A stretch of 64,000 nt of DNA from Lingula anatina (Eukaryota; Animalia; Brachiopoda): positions 20,234,534 to 20,298,533 of the forward strand of contig CM120644.1 of assembly GCA_051362555.1 (NCBI GenBank), written 5' to 3'. Shown here one piece after another: positions 12,756 to 24,550 of this stretch. The notes under the pieces are model-generated. The model was not told the origin of the DNA. It was given only the letters and a program-made list of their open reading frames with translations, and ran no database searches. Each line of letters begins with the position of its first letter. Position 1 is the first letter of the stretch. Position numbers and translations under genes: made by a program.

Positions 12756-13008
12756 TAATATACCTTCATGAAACAAGGATATAAAATACGGACAATAACT
12801 CACAAACATTTGTCTTTCAACTATGTAAATATTATTTTTAGAAACGAAAGTCAACACTTTCAGAAGGCCTTCTGCTCAACATTTTTAAAATGCATGTGTA
12901 AGTCATAGTTGGTAAAGTTGGCTTATTATTTATCAGTTTCAGTTGAATGTAAGTGAGCAGCCTTTGTACCTTAGGCTCTCTGTTGCATATAACTGGATTC
13001 ACTGATGT

Positions 13009-13637
13009 TTAACAAGGCATGATCTCCGCCGACGCAATGGCCAGAATCTTCTCTAGTGGGACCACCATGTCACGATGGAAGAACATTCGGGTTGACCCAT
13101 AAAGCACCTTGAGCGTACTTTTATTTTGACTCAATAATTCCTGCAGAACCTCACTCCCGACCGGCGCCCACATGTCAATGACCTCCCCATTACTAGCTCT
13201 GCTGATTAACTTGACAAGTAAAGTCTTGATGATGTTTGGACTATCTCCGTACAGTGGTGCTATGATATTACACTTGGCACCGCGCTGAATAACGCCATAT
13301 CCAACAATATCTCCTGCTCTACTGCTGGCAACCAGGGTCAAGGTGAACTCCTTGTCGAACCACGCTCTGAGAAACTTTCCTCGTTCAATCCTGTGGATTT
13401 TAGTGTCATACTGAAGCAAACGGTGAAAAGGGACATCATAAGACGAGATAACAGAAACGGTGTTGTCAGGATCCACATTTAACTTGGCCAAAGCGATGAT
13501 GCCGGATATATGACATACTTTCCATGACTCTACAGTGAAACCCAATTTTCTGTTGGGTTCAACTCTATCGCCCACCGAAAATATGCCGAAGTTCCTCAAA
13601 CCTATGTGTTCTTTTCTTCTTTGCCACAATCTTGTGC
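13009..13637 (-). CDS. GNAT acetyltransferase (YitH/holothin-acyltransferase-like, two-domain), exon 3 of 3
   Basis: Acceptor ttgattgaatag|GC, phase 1; encodes (G)TRLWQRRKEHIG...RKLGF...LLQYDTKIH..ER..FL..W..VGYGVIQ..IAPLYGDS..IIKTLL, typical of the second GNAT-like domain; ends in TAA. Confidence 0.88.
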
Positions 13638-14210
13638 CTATTCAATCAAGAGAATACGTTTATCACGGTTTATCAAATAAGTATATTTCACTCGCTCATC
13701 GTATGTACTGCGGCCAAACGCACGAATTGTAAGCTAAACAGTATAATCAACTCCCGTGGCTGTTATGAATGGCGCCGTGTACACTGCACTGTATTAGTTA
13801 CCGATTTTAATTTTCCGCTTGATCAAGCATGTGCTGTACTGTACGTATTATATATCACACATGGCGTACCCCACAATTAAACCATACATGTATGTAAAAG
13901 GAGAAAGACGGACAACAAAGGCTGAAAAGAAAGATGACTGTCGCCATCTTTCGTAATTCATGAATAAAACTTTTTCAAGCATGAGGATCAGTGTGTGATC
14001 AATACAAATAATATGACACAAAGGCTTTATCCCCCTCGAACTAGGCAAGTAACTATAATCCCTGCAATAATTTCAGCACATATATATATGAATTGCAAAT
14101 TCGATAATTGGAACTGGACTACTATATAAAGGAATTTTCTCAGTAAACAAAACAGATTCATACATATTGTGTCTTCACACCAGATATCTAAAACCAAGAT
14201 GTCTGCTTAC

Positions 14211-14297
14211 CGACACGCTGCCCGCGTTGCTTCTGACTGACGATCCACATTCCTCCAAATGATTCCTCTTCATTCAGGATAAACCCCATTATTACAC
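14211..14297 (-). CDS. GNAT acetyltransferase exon 2 (87 nt, phase 1-1), absent from the ORF track
   Basis: tgtgttttaag|GT GTA ATA ATG...CGC GGG CAG CGT GTC G|gtaagc gives GVIMGFILNEEESFGGMWIVSQKQRGQRV(G), the GNAT beta4 and motif A region; frame is continuous with exons 1 and 3. Confidence 0.85.
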
Positions 14298-15026
14298 CTT
14301 AAAACACACAAGAAATCATTTGATATAGGGCTCTATACTGATACTCTGTTTTTTTTGTTTCCCGCGTGCATATATGTCTTTGTGCGTGTGTTTTTCTGTG
14401 TGTGCGCGCGCGTATGAAGAGAGAGAGAGGGAGAGAGAGAGAGATAAATAGCCAAGGGAACTGTTGAAGCTTTCTAAAATATAAAGCAGGTGTACAGCCA
14501 CATTTTGCAACTGAACCGTTTTGCAACTTCCACCCATTTTATAATCAAGATTCTGAAACGGTTTGAAGAACGAAACAGGTAGAATTCGAATAGGAACGGG
14601 TTTTCCTCGAATCTTGTTAGGCTAGCCCTGGGCGGACGATAATATATAATTTATTTCACACTGTAATTTCCTAGACCATTGAGTGAAAACGTTGAAACGT
14701 CAGGGCTTAATAAACCTATTGTTAGGCATGTGCATGGGCACTTCAGATTTATTGTGACTTGGTGTGTGATTATCCTTGGGATTGGTTGATTGTAATTTTT
14801 ACATAACGATTTCTGCTACCTACGCTGGACCTTATATTGAGAAGGTTGAAACGTCGGGGATTAATAAACCTACCGTTAGAGTACTTAAAGATATGCTTGG
14901 GCATATTGGGATTTTTGATGACTTGGGGTGTGACCGACCCTGTGGATGGTTGACTGCAATATATGCATTTTCACCTTAATTTCTTTCATCTCCTCGTAGA
15001 CCATTCGAGCTACCCTGTCGGTGATT

Positions 15027-15192
15027 CCCAGATAGCATGCATACGTTGGGGTAAGGTTGGGAAATGGTTGGTTTGTTGGCATATAGTTGGTGTTGGCAGT
15101 AATACATTGGCACAACCACATCATTATATGCATATCCTAACTGCAAAATACACACGTTGGCACAACGTCTGACCAACGTATGCAATAGTTGA
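15027..15192. mobile_element. Small inverted-repeat element (CCCAGATAGCA-type MITE) in GNAT intron 1
   Basis: Left end CCCAGATAGCATGCATACGTTGG; right end CCAACGTATGCAATAG; internal TTGGCACAAC motifs. Confidence 0.5.
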
Positions 15193-15289
15193 ATCAAGAG
15201 TGTTTCTGTTCACAACTGAGAACAACATGTGCTAATCTTTTGAACAGTTAATACAGTTTTACTGGGCTTAAAAAATAAGTTTTCCTCCA

Positions 15290-15292
<3 letters not shown>

Positions 15293-15353
<61 letters not shown>
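15293..15353. repeat. Compound (TA)n(TG)n microsatellite
   Basis: Seen directly. Confidence 0.95.
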
Positions 15354-15355
<2 letters not shown>

Positions 15356-16002
15356 TGCTTCACTTTAAAAAGATAACTAAGTGAACATTTTTATTTTCTT
15401 AAATAATGCTTATTTATAAATTATTTTAACCATTAGGTTTATTTATTTTTAGAGCAATATAAGATGCAATTCTCATGAAAAATAACAGACTAATGACTGA
15501 AATAAATGAAATTGCATAAAGATTTTAAATCTCATTTTTAACATCAATTTCAGTCTGACATTAAAATTAACTAAAATTAACTGATTAAAATTAACTATTA
15601 ACAACGTTTTTATAGCACAGATTCATTTCAAGCCAGGTGTTTAGCTGTAACTGTCAGTTTGATATAAACACTTTGACCTTAGTTTGCAGAAGTAGGTCAC
15701 AAACGGAGCACCTACCGTTTATCTATCCAGAAGGTTTCATGTTCCTAACTCTAATGGCGTAAAGGTATATAACAAGAATAACGATGTTAAATATTGATAA
15801 TTAATCCTCAGCGTCACCAGGGAGCGCCACACCCAGAAATTACGTTGTAAAAACAAAATCAACCACCCCCAGGGACGGCCACACCCAATGTCACAAAACA
15901 CCCAGAAGGACCCGTACACATCCCAAAGACAGGTTTTTCAATCCACATGCAATGCCTTACGTTCCTTACTCTGCTGATCTAGGGGTAGGTAGCTGTGCTT
16001 AC

Positions 16003-16165
16003 CAACAACTTTCCCATTCAACTCGGCAATAAACGACCCTTCTGCGTTGCATTCAAAGAGAGCCTGCACTATCTCCTGACTGTAATTCCAGCCCTCCAAC
16101 TCTGCCTGACCAGTCACCTCCGCCACGTCTCCACGGCACATCCGTCTTAGCGTTACTCCGGCCAT
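16003..16165 (-). CDS. GNAT acetyltransferase exon 1 (163 nt); spliced CDS 163+87+629 = 879 nt, 292 aa
   Basis: atcATGG start; MAGVTLRRMCRGDVAEVTGQAELEGWN...GSFIAELNGKVV G|gtaagc; the EGWN and F.AE..G..VG motifs fit the N-terminus of this GNAT family. Confidence 0.88.
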
Positions 16166-17273
16166 GATGGCTTGTCCCCAAAAAGACCGAGTCAAAACGG
16201 GAATTCAAGTATCCCTTCCAATCAGATCGGACCATTCTATCCAGAGCAGCGTCCTTTGAAATGCAATCCTCATAATCGGTCTAATCCTCAGTGTTACTCG
16301 AGATGGCGAAGACCGGAATTGAACGAGTACAGCGCATAACAATGTATTCAATCTATTGGAAAAGAAAGTGGATAAAAGGTGGGACTGTGCGGTCTTCAGG
16401 TAAGTGAGAGTTGATTCTCTGCGTTGCGCATGGTTTCAAGTTCTGCAGCTGTCAATCAAAATTTATCAGTGCAGAAGCCAACGTATCCTTCGTTGGCTCG
16501 ACATGTTTATACGTATGCAAGGTCTGAGCCTGATCAGCGCGACCTCCATGTTACGGCTTATGTTTTTCTATAATACCTGATGTATAAAAAAATTACAATG
16601 TAAAATTATCAGAGAAGAGTACACTTTACTAATAAAGTTGGGAAATCTCCCTGCGATTCTGAATCGACTGTTTTTCGTGAATTACACGCCAAAAAAGTGG
16701 GGACCGGATATAGCAAATTTAATTAGCCTAATTTAATATTCATGTGACCTGCTCATTACGTCATCAATAGAAATCTCCACTCTTTACGCCAAGTCTGTTA
16801 AGGTGCATCATAGTACATTACCAGTTCATGGGATAAGCATTACTACTTTATGATAGAAGGCGACTTCATTGGTTACAAAAATAAGGACCCTCAGGAGACA
16901 TGGCGATATTTGACACTTCATGGGGCATTTGTATCTTAATACACATCCACGATACTGGGTAATAACAATGGCGTATCATCTTTGAAAGTGAATGGGGTGC
17001 TTTCATGTGAAAGGGGTGGATTTGTCTTATTATAAAAACAATTTTGTGCTTCCAAACATTTCTGTGTGTTTTTAATTCTTAGCAGAAAATGTAATTGTAA
17101 ATCAGTGACAAATGCAAAGACAAAGGTGACGTTCTGACAGCATTTTATCTCAGATAAAAATCACAAGCAAAAGAGACTGGCTTTCAATTGCCTCAGGTTG
17201 GCAATCAGTAGCCTTGAGAAACTGATAATGTTATAGCTAATCTACCTGTCAGAAGCGCTTAACCAATAGAGTA

Positions 17274-18933
17274 CAGACTTGACATTTAATATGGAATATT
17301 TTTTCCAAATCATAATTCATCAGTTTTTTTCCTATTTTGCCGACTGATAAATGAAAATAAGGATCAAAATCGTGTTTTAATAACTTCTGATAAACTGTTC
17401 CATGTCATTGTGACATCAGTTCTTCAATTGACTTCGCCAATGATGCAAACAAAAATACATTGCCAATTTTAAGTCATACGACAACCATTGAAAGCGATAT
17501 TTTGGATCTCCATATTTTCCAAATTATCGTCTTTAAAAGTGTTTCACGACCCACAAAGGACCTTCATGTCAGTGTCTAGTCACAGTAACGGTCGCCGCTA
17601 TGCCTGACCTTATCTTTCTGCTACCAGAGCTTTCAAGAGGCAAGGCATTTCTTGCGATAGTTTTTTTAGAATTTAATCTGGAATAAAATTCCAGGCAACG
17701 GTTAAAGCTTGTCCAATGTGGTTCAGTTTTGTTGTAGGACATGCAGGCCGTTGATTTAGCGACTATTGACCTAACCACATATTGTTAAAGTGGTTCAAAT
17801 ATGGCGATTTTGATGACCAAGGTAGCTGCTCATTCCCTTGGTTCTGTAAGTTATCTTCTATTAAAAGTGCTCTGTGTGAACCAGCAATCTGATCGTGCAA
17901 CCTAAAACTGTTCCTAAGGTGCCCCTATCAAATGATAGTCAAGTGGTTCCCAGATTATTCCTTTATTTGATCTGGTTCAGGTTTTAATCGATGACTTCCA
18001 TTGGTGTTTTGGCACCAATGTGGTATCAACTCCAAATATTGACGCTGTCAATGGCCCTAGTCATTTCAGAAGGGGCACACATCTTGTCGTAGGCCTCTTG
18101 AAGATGTCCGGAAACTCTTTTTTGACCAATTTAGCGGTACAGGTGAAATCTGACCTCAATAAAGAAAACAACGCGGTTTCAGTGTTCTACCCAGAAACGG
18201 TCATGGTCCCCAATTCATTAGAGTTTTGCTGTTTTGCTGTTTTGCTGTTTACAGTGGCCTCCTCAGAGGTGGGCTGGTATCCTAATCTGCTTAAACCAGT
18301 TTGGTGTTCGCTAAGAGCCTTGAAAAACGCGTTTTGGTGACAATTGGCCCCTCATTTAAAACGGACTGGGTGGTTTTGGTTTAATTGCAGCAGCATATCC
18401 TGAAGGACATTGAGTCCTGTATTCTGGTGGTAAGATATTGATACATTGGACGTGGTGTCTGTGTTGGTACATAAGCCTGGGCATTACTCTGTGAAACTGT
18501 GCGGACCGTTCCTTTTGGGGCAATAATCTGTCTGGCAATACGTCTTTTTCGCGCCATTCTGGCACAGTTTAACGATTTTGAAAAACAGTGCTTAACTCAT
18601 TTTACGCACTGCAAAACCGACCGCTTGCATGCAAAATTTCAAATTCTTCTATGCAATGGTTGCCGACATATGGATACTTTTTTGACAGAACCATGCCTCG
18701 CCAAAGCCAAGCTTTGACCAGCTCAAAGGAGCACCACCCAATTAAATCAATGCGTATTTAACAATGCAGCAGTGCATCAGACTTGGTAATCAGTTAATTG
18801 GTAAAGACACACCTTTCTGCATACTTCCCCAGTCAGATATCTTATATGAGATCTGAGTTTTTTCAATAAAGAACGCATTTTTACCTAGGTATACCTTTAA
18901 AACTGAAATATTCCATATTAAATGTCAAGTCTG
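17274..18933 (-). mobile_element. Tc1-like DNA transposon, family A copy 1 (1660 bp, decayed transposase)
   Basis: 27-bp TIR CAGACTTGACATTTAATATGGAATATT at both ends; TA duplication at 17272-73 and 18934-35; minus-strand remnants QGNEQLPWSSKSP. Confidence 0.93.
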
Positions 18934-21900
18934 TATATTCTTCACAGAGAACATGGGCCTTCATTATGTTTTCTTCATTTATCTTTAGTAAATTCCCTCT
19001 CTATTACAACAATTTAATGGGGTTTCGGGAGCTTTTTTATATGGTAGGAAATTTAAAACCAATAAAATAGCTTCAAATCAGTTTAGTTCCTGTGTTAAAA
19101 AAGGATTTTGGAGAGAAAATTGTTATTCCATTTCATATTTATTCTAACTCTGCTCTGATTCATTTTCACGAATAAACCTTGCGTGTGCATTTATTTTTGC
19201 CAATAATAAAAGATAAAAATAAAAAATAAATGTAGTATGAAAGAGACTGCTAGTAGCGAGCAACTACCGTTCAGACATCTTCAAAGTCATCCTATTCACG
19301 TAAGCATGCACATTTTTTTTTACATCAGTAAGAGAAATGAGAAGGATTGTATGTAAATGGTGGCCTGATGTTTGGACAGTCCATTTGCCAGTTGGGTTGC
19401 TCTGTTTGGTTTGAAGTAGACAAAAGTGGACCACATGTACTGAGATAAAGCAGATGGCTCCTGACTCTTTAGTGTTCTCAGCAACAATAATGATGCTTTG
19501 TTTGTTTGATATACTGTTTTATGTGATTCTATGTGCGTAATTTTCATCTGTTCATTACTGTACATTAGCAGCATATTTTTTTTGCACTCTAACATAGGCT
19601 TCGAGGTCTCCAAATGATGTTGTCCATGAAATGAAATAAGTGTGGCCTAACAGTAAAATAAAGATTCTGCTGCTATTGTTTAATGCTGTTTTAAGTGCTG
19701 TTAGAGCCATCCTTGGGCTGCAGGTGGTAGACGAAACACACTGTTAGGCACCGAATATGCCTATGACTGACTGGTAGCTGTGCGTTCCTACCAGAAGTGA
19801 TGAAATGTATAATCACTTACACTTGTGCCAACTGAACTCACGGACGAGTTAGCTTTTATGTATTAAAATATAAAAGCAAATGCAAAATAATTCTCCCTCA
19901 CATCAAAATCACTGTAAATCTATAATTAATATTGAAACATATTTTATAATAAATTTGATAAATATATTTTGAAAATTTTTAACTTACAAAAGTACCAATG
20001 CTGCAAATATTGGTCCTGGGTCTGTATCAACATCTTAAGTTGTATAGTATAGGTGTGTATGATAATTTTTTGTCTACACTGCATTGTTTTAATTGTGTTT
20101 TGGGGAGTTTATTTCATACTAAGTGAGATGTGTGATTGATATACTACACAGGTTCACTTTAATCACCAAGAAAGGGGGTAGGGAAAGGACATTGTTCATA
20201 GGTTTCAACACTTTCTCAATTGTGTGATACACATGTGCACTTTTGACATATCACGTTATAAAGTGACCCGCCAAAGTAATGTAGCGTAAATTTTTTGTTA
20301 AGTGGATCATTATTAAAAGTAAAAAAGTTTTAATGTGTCTTCGAGGTCCAAATTCTTGTTTATGACTTTGTGTGATTAATGTGCCTCTGCATTGATCTAA
20401 TTAATCACAGCCGTCTCACCATTCCTTAGGATGGTTAAGTGTCAATAAATAGTGATGGAAACCTCTACATGATTGAAGGGTTCTTACCCTTCATCTCAAA
20501 ATTGCTGACTGGAAGCTGTAGAAGACTAGAGAAGACATTGAACTTAAAAGATTATTCTGTATATGGCTGTATCGGCCCTATACGATGACCTAATGAAGAA
20601 ATGTTTAGCATATAGCATTGGGGCCCTCTTTGGCATCCAAAACCGTCAGAAATCCAAAGTTGACATGTGGTTGGCCCAAGGCTTGATGCCTATGGTTGTG
20701 CACTCACAGTGGGCCAAAGTTTGTGCATAGTTATGCCAACGTTGGCACAGTGGTGCAAGTTGGCATTTCATGGTTGAGCAATGACAGTGGGCCAAAGTCT
20801 GTACAATGATATGCCAACCTTGGCACAAAGCTTCTGGTTGGCTTTCCAACCTTCAACCAATATTGGCCTTAGAACCAGCCATGCGTTGTACAGGGGTAAC
20901 AATCTTGGGCTAGGAATACAAAACTTTTTATGCATTATCACGAAAATCAACCAATAAAGTATATTCTTCACAGAGAACATGGGCCTTCATTATGTTTTCT
21001 ACATTTATCTTTAGTAAATTTCCCTCTCTATTACAACAATTTAATGGGGTTTCGGGAGCTTTTTTATATGGTAGGAAATTTAAAACCAATAGAATAGCTT
21101 CAAATCAGTTTAGTTCCTGTGTTAAAAAAGGATTTTGGAGAGAAAATTGTTATTCCATTTCATATTTATTCTAACTCTGCTCTGATTCATTTTCACGAAT
21201 AAACCTTGCGTGTGCATTTATTTTTTCCAATAATAAAAGATAAAAATAAAAAATAAATGTAGTATGAAAGAGTCTGCTAGTAGCGAGCAACTAGCGTTCA
21301 GACATCTTCAAAGTCATCCTATTCACGTAAGCATGCACATTTTTTTTTACATCAGTAAGAGAAACGAGAAGGATTGTATGTAAATGGTGGCCTGATGTTT
21401 GGACAGTCCATTTGCCAGTTGGGTTGCTCTGTTTGGTTTGAAGTAGACAAAAGTGGACCACATGTACTGAGATAAAGCAGATGGCTCCTGACTCTTTAGT
21501 GTTCTCAGCAACAATAATGATGCTTTGTTTGTTTGATATACTGTTTTATGTGATTCTATGTGCGTAATTTTCATCTGTTCATTACTGTACATTAGCAGCA
21601 TATTTTTTTGCACTCTAACATAGGCTTCGAGGTCTCCAAATGATGTTGTCCATGAAATGAAATAAGTGTGGCCTAATAGTAAAATAAATATTCTGCTGCT
21701 ATTGTTTAATGCTGTTTTAAGTGCTGTTAGAGCCATCCTTGAGCTGCAGGTGGTAGACGAAACACACTGTTAGGCACCGAATATGCCTATGACTGACTGG
21801 TAGCTGTGCGTTCCTACCAGAAGTGATGCAAGAAATGTATAATCACTTACACTTGTGCCAACTGAACTCACGGACGAGTTAGCTTTTATGTATTAAAATA

Positions 21901-23118
21901 TAAAAGCAAATGCAAAATAATTCTCCCTCACATCAAAATTACTGTAAATCTATAATTAATATTGAAACATATTCTATAATAAATTTGATAAATATATTTT
22001 GAAAATTTTTAACTTACAAAAGTACCAATGCTGCAAATATTGGTCCTGGGTCTGTATCAACATCTTAAGTTGTATAGTATAGGTGTGTATGATAATTTTT
22101 TGTCTACACTGCATTGTTTTAATTGTGTTTTGGGGAGTTTATTTCATACTAAGTGAGATGTGTGATTGATATACTACACAGGTTCACTTTAATCACCAAG
22201 AAAGGGGGTAGGGAAAGGACATTGTTCATAGGTTTCAACACTTTCTCAATTGTGTGATACACATGTGCACTTTTGACATATCACGTTATAAAGTGACCCG
22301 CCAAAGTAATGTAGCGTAAATTTTTTGTTAAGTGGATCATTATTAAAAGTAAAAAAGTTTTAATGTGTCTTCGAGGTCCAAATTCTTGTTTATGACTTTG
22401 TGTGATTAATGTGCCTCTGCGTTGATCTAATTAATCACAGCCGTCTCACCATTCCTTAGGATGGCTAAGTGTCAATAAATAGTGATGGAAACCCCTACAT
22501 GATTGAAGGGTTCTTACCCTTCATCTCAAGATTGCCGACTGGAAGCTGTAGAAGACTAGAGAAGACATTGAACTTAAAAGATTATTCTGTATATGGCTGT
22601 ATCGGCCCTATACGATGACCTAATGAAGAAATGTTTAGCATATAGCATTTGGGCCCTCTTTGGCATCCAAAACCGTCAGAAATCCAAAGTTGACATGTGG
22701 TTGGCCCAAGGCTTGATGCCTATGGTTGTGCAATCACAGTGGGCCAAAGTTTGTGCATAGTTATGCCAACGTTGGCACAGTGGTGGAAGTTGGCATTTCA
22801 TGGTTGGGCAATGACAGTGGGCCAAAGTCTGTACAATGATGTGCCAACCTTGGCACAAAGCTTCTGGTTGGCTTTCCAACCTTCAACCAATATTGACCGT
22901 AGAACCAGCCATGCGTTGTACAGGGGTAACAATCTTGGGCTAAAGTCGTCCTACTGTCTAGGAATACAAAACTTTTTATGCATTATCACGAAAATTAACC
23001 AATAAAGTAGACTCTTCACAGAGAACATGGGCCTTCATTATGTTTTCTACATTTATCTTTTGATAAATTCCACCTCTATTACGATATTTGAATGGGGTTT
23101 TGGAAGCTTTTTTATATA

Positions 23119-24550
23119 CAGACTTCACATTTGATATGGAATATTTCAGTTTCGAAGGTATGCTTAGGTAAAAATGCGTTCTTTTTTCAAAAAACTCCGA
23201 TCTCATATAAGATTTGTGAATGGAGAAGTGTGTAGTCAGGTGTGTCGCTACCAATTAACTGACTTTCATGTCTGTTGCGCTGCTACATTATGTAATATAC
23301 AGTGATTTAATTGGGAAGTGTTCCTTTGGGCTGGTCAAAGCTTGGCTTAGGCAAAGCTTAGTCCTGTCAAAAAAGTATCCATATGTCGGCAACTACTGCA
23401 TAGAAGAATTTGAAATTTTGCATGCAAGCGGTCAGTCTTACAGTGCATAAAATGAGCTAAGAAGTGCATTACAAATTTGTTAATCTGTGGCAGAATATCG
23501 AGAAAAACACAGACATTACCAGACAGATTATAGCGCCAAATGAAACGGTCCCCACAGTTTTATAGAGTAATGCCCAGACTGATGTACCCACACAGAGGTC
23601 ACCCCCACTGTATCAAAATCTTACAGTTTCTGGGTAGAACACTGAAACCGCGTGGCTTTCTTTATTGAGGTCAGATTTCACAAGTACCGCCCAATTAGTC
23701 AAAACAGAGTTTACAGACAGCCAGAAGAGGCCTACGACGAAGTATGTGCCGGGTCTAAAGTGACAAGGGTCATTGACAGCGTCAGTATTTGGAGTGGATA
23801 CCACATCGGTGCCAAAACACCAATGGTAGTCATCGACGAAAACCTGAACCAGATCAAATTAAGGAATAATCTCGGAACCACTTGACTATCATTTGATAAA
23901 GGGCACCTTAGGAACAATTTTAGGTTGCACGGTGAGGTTGTCGGTTCACACAGAGCACCTTTAATAGCAGATAACTCACAGAACCAAGGGAATGAGCAGT
24001 TACCCTGGTCATCAAAATCGCCACATTTTAACCACATACACGATATTTGGGTAGGCCATTACTCTCCAAATCAACTGCCTACATGCCCTACAACAAAACT
24101 GGACCAAATTGGACAATATTTGACCGAAGCCTGGAATGTTATTCCAGATTGAACTCTAAAAACCTACCCCAAGGAATGCCTTGCCGCTTGAGAGCGCTGG
24201 TAACAGCCAGTAGAGGCCAGGTGTAACAACAACCATTACTGTGACTAGAAACTGACATGCGGGTCTTTTGTGGAGCGTATAACTCTTTTACAGACGATAA
24301 TTTGGAAAATATGGAGATCCAAAATATCTCTTTTAATGGATGTCGTATGACATAGAATAGGCAATGTATTTCTGTTTGCTTCACTGTCGATTCCAATCAA
24401 TGAACTGATGTCACCATGACATCAAAGAGATCATTTAAAGCTATTAAAACACGGTTTCAATCCTTATTTTCATTTATCAGTCAGCAAAATAGGAAAAAAC
24501 TGATAAAAAATTACTTGGAAAAAAATATTCCATATTAAATGTCAAGTCTG
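23119..24550 (+). mobile_element. Tc1-like family A copy 2 (1432 bp, ~230 bp internal deletion)
   Basis: TIRs CAGACTTCACATTTGATATGGAATATT / AATATTCCATATTAAATGTCAAGTCTG; TA duplication; ORF 23925-24152 SHRA..QNQGNEQLPWSSKSPHFNHI..LTEAWNVIP matches the Tc1 DDE C-terminus. Confidence 0.92.

Noticed and set aside
15938-16195. 85-aa ORF as a stand-alone gene
   Set aside because: It is GNAT exon 1 read through into the intron
19745-19795. Purine-riboswitch-like pieces (AGGCACCG..TGCCT, GCGTTCCTACCAG)
   Set aside because: The pieces are in the wrong order, there is no P2 loop, and the host is an animal
20490-20610. Kinase-like words LKIAD and LMKKCL in unit translations
   Set aside because: Different frames, stop codons, and spacing incompatible with a kinase domain
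18936-20961. 2-kb unit as a 5S/snRNA/histone repeat or an integrated circovirus-like genome
   Set aside because: No recognisable 5S, U1-U6 or histone sequence; only 3-4 residue Rep-like coincidences (FTL, KWW) and no TAGTATTAC origin
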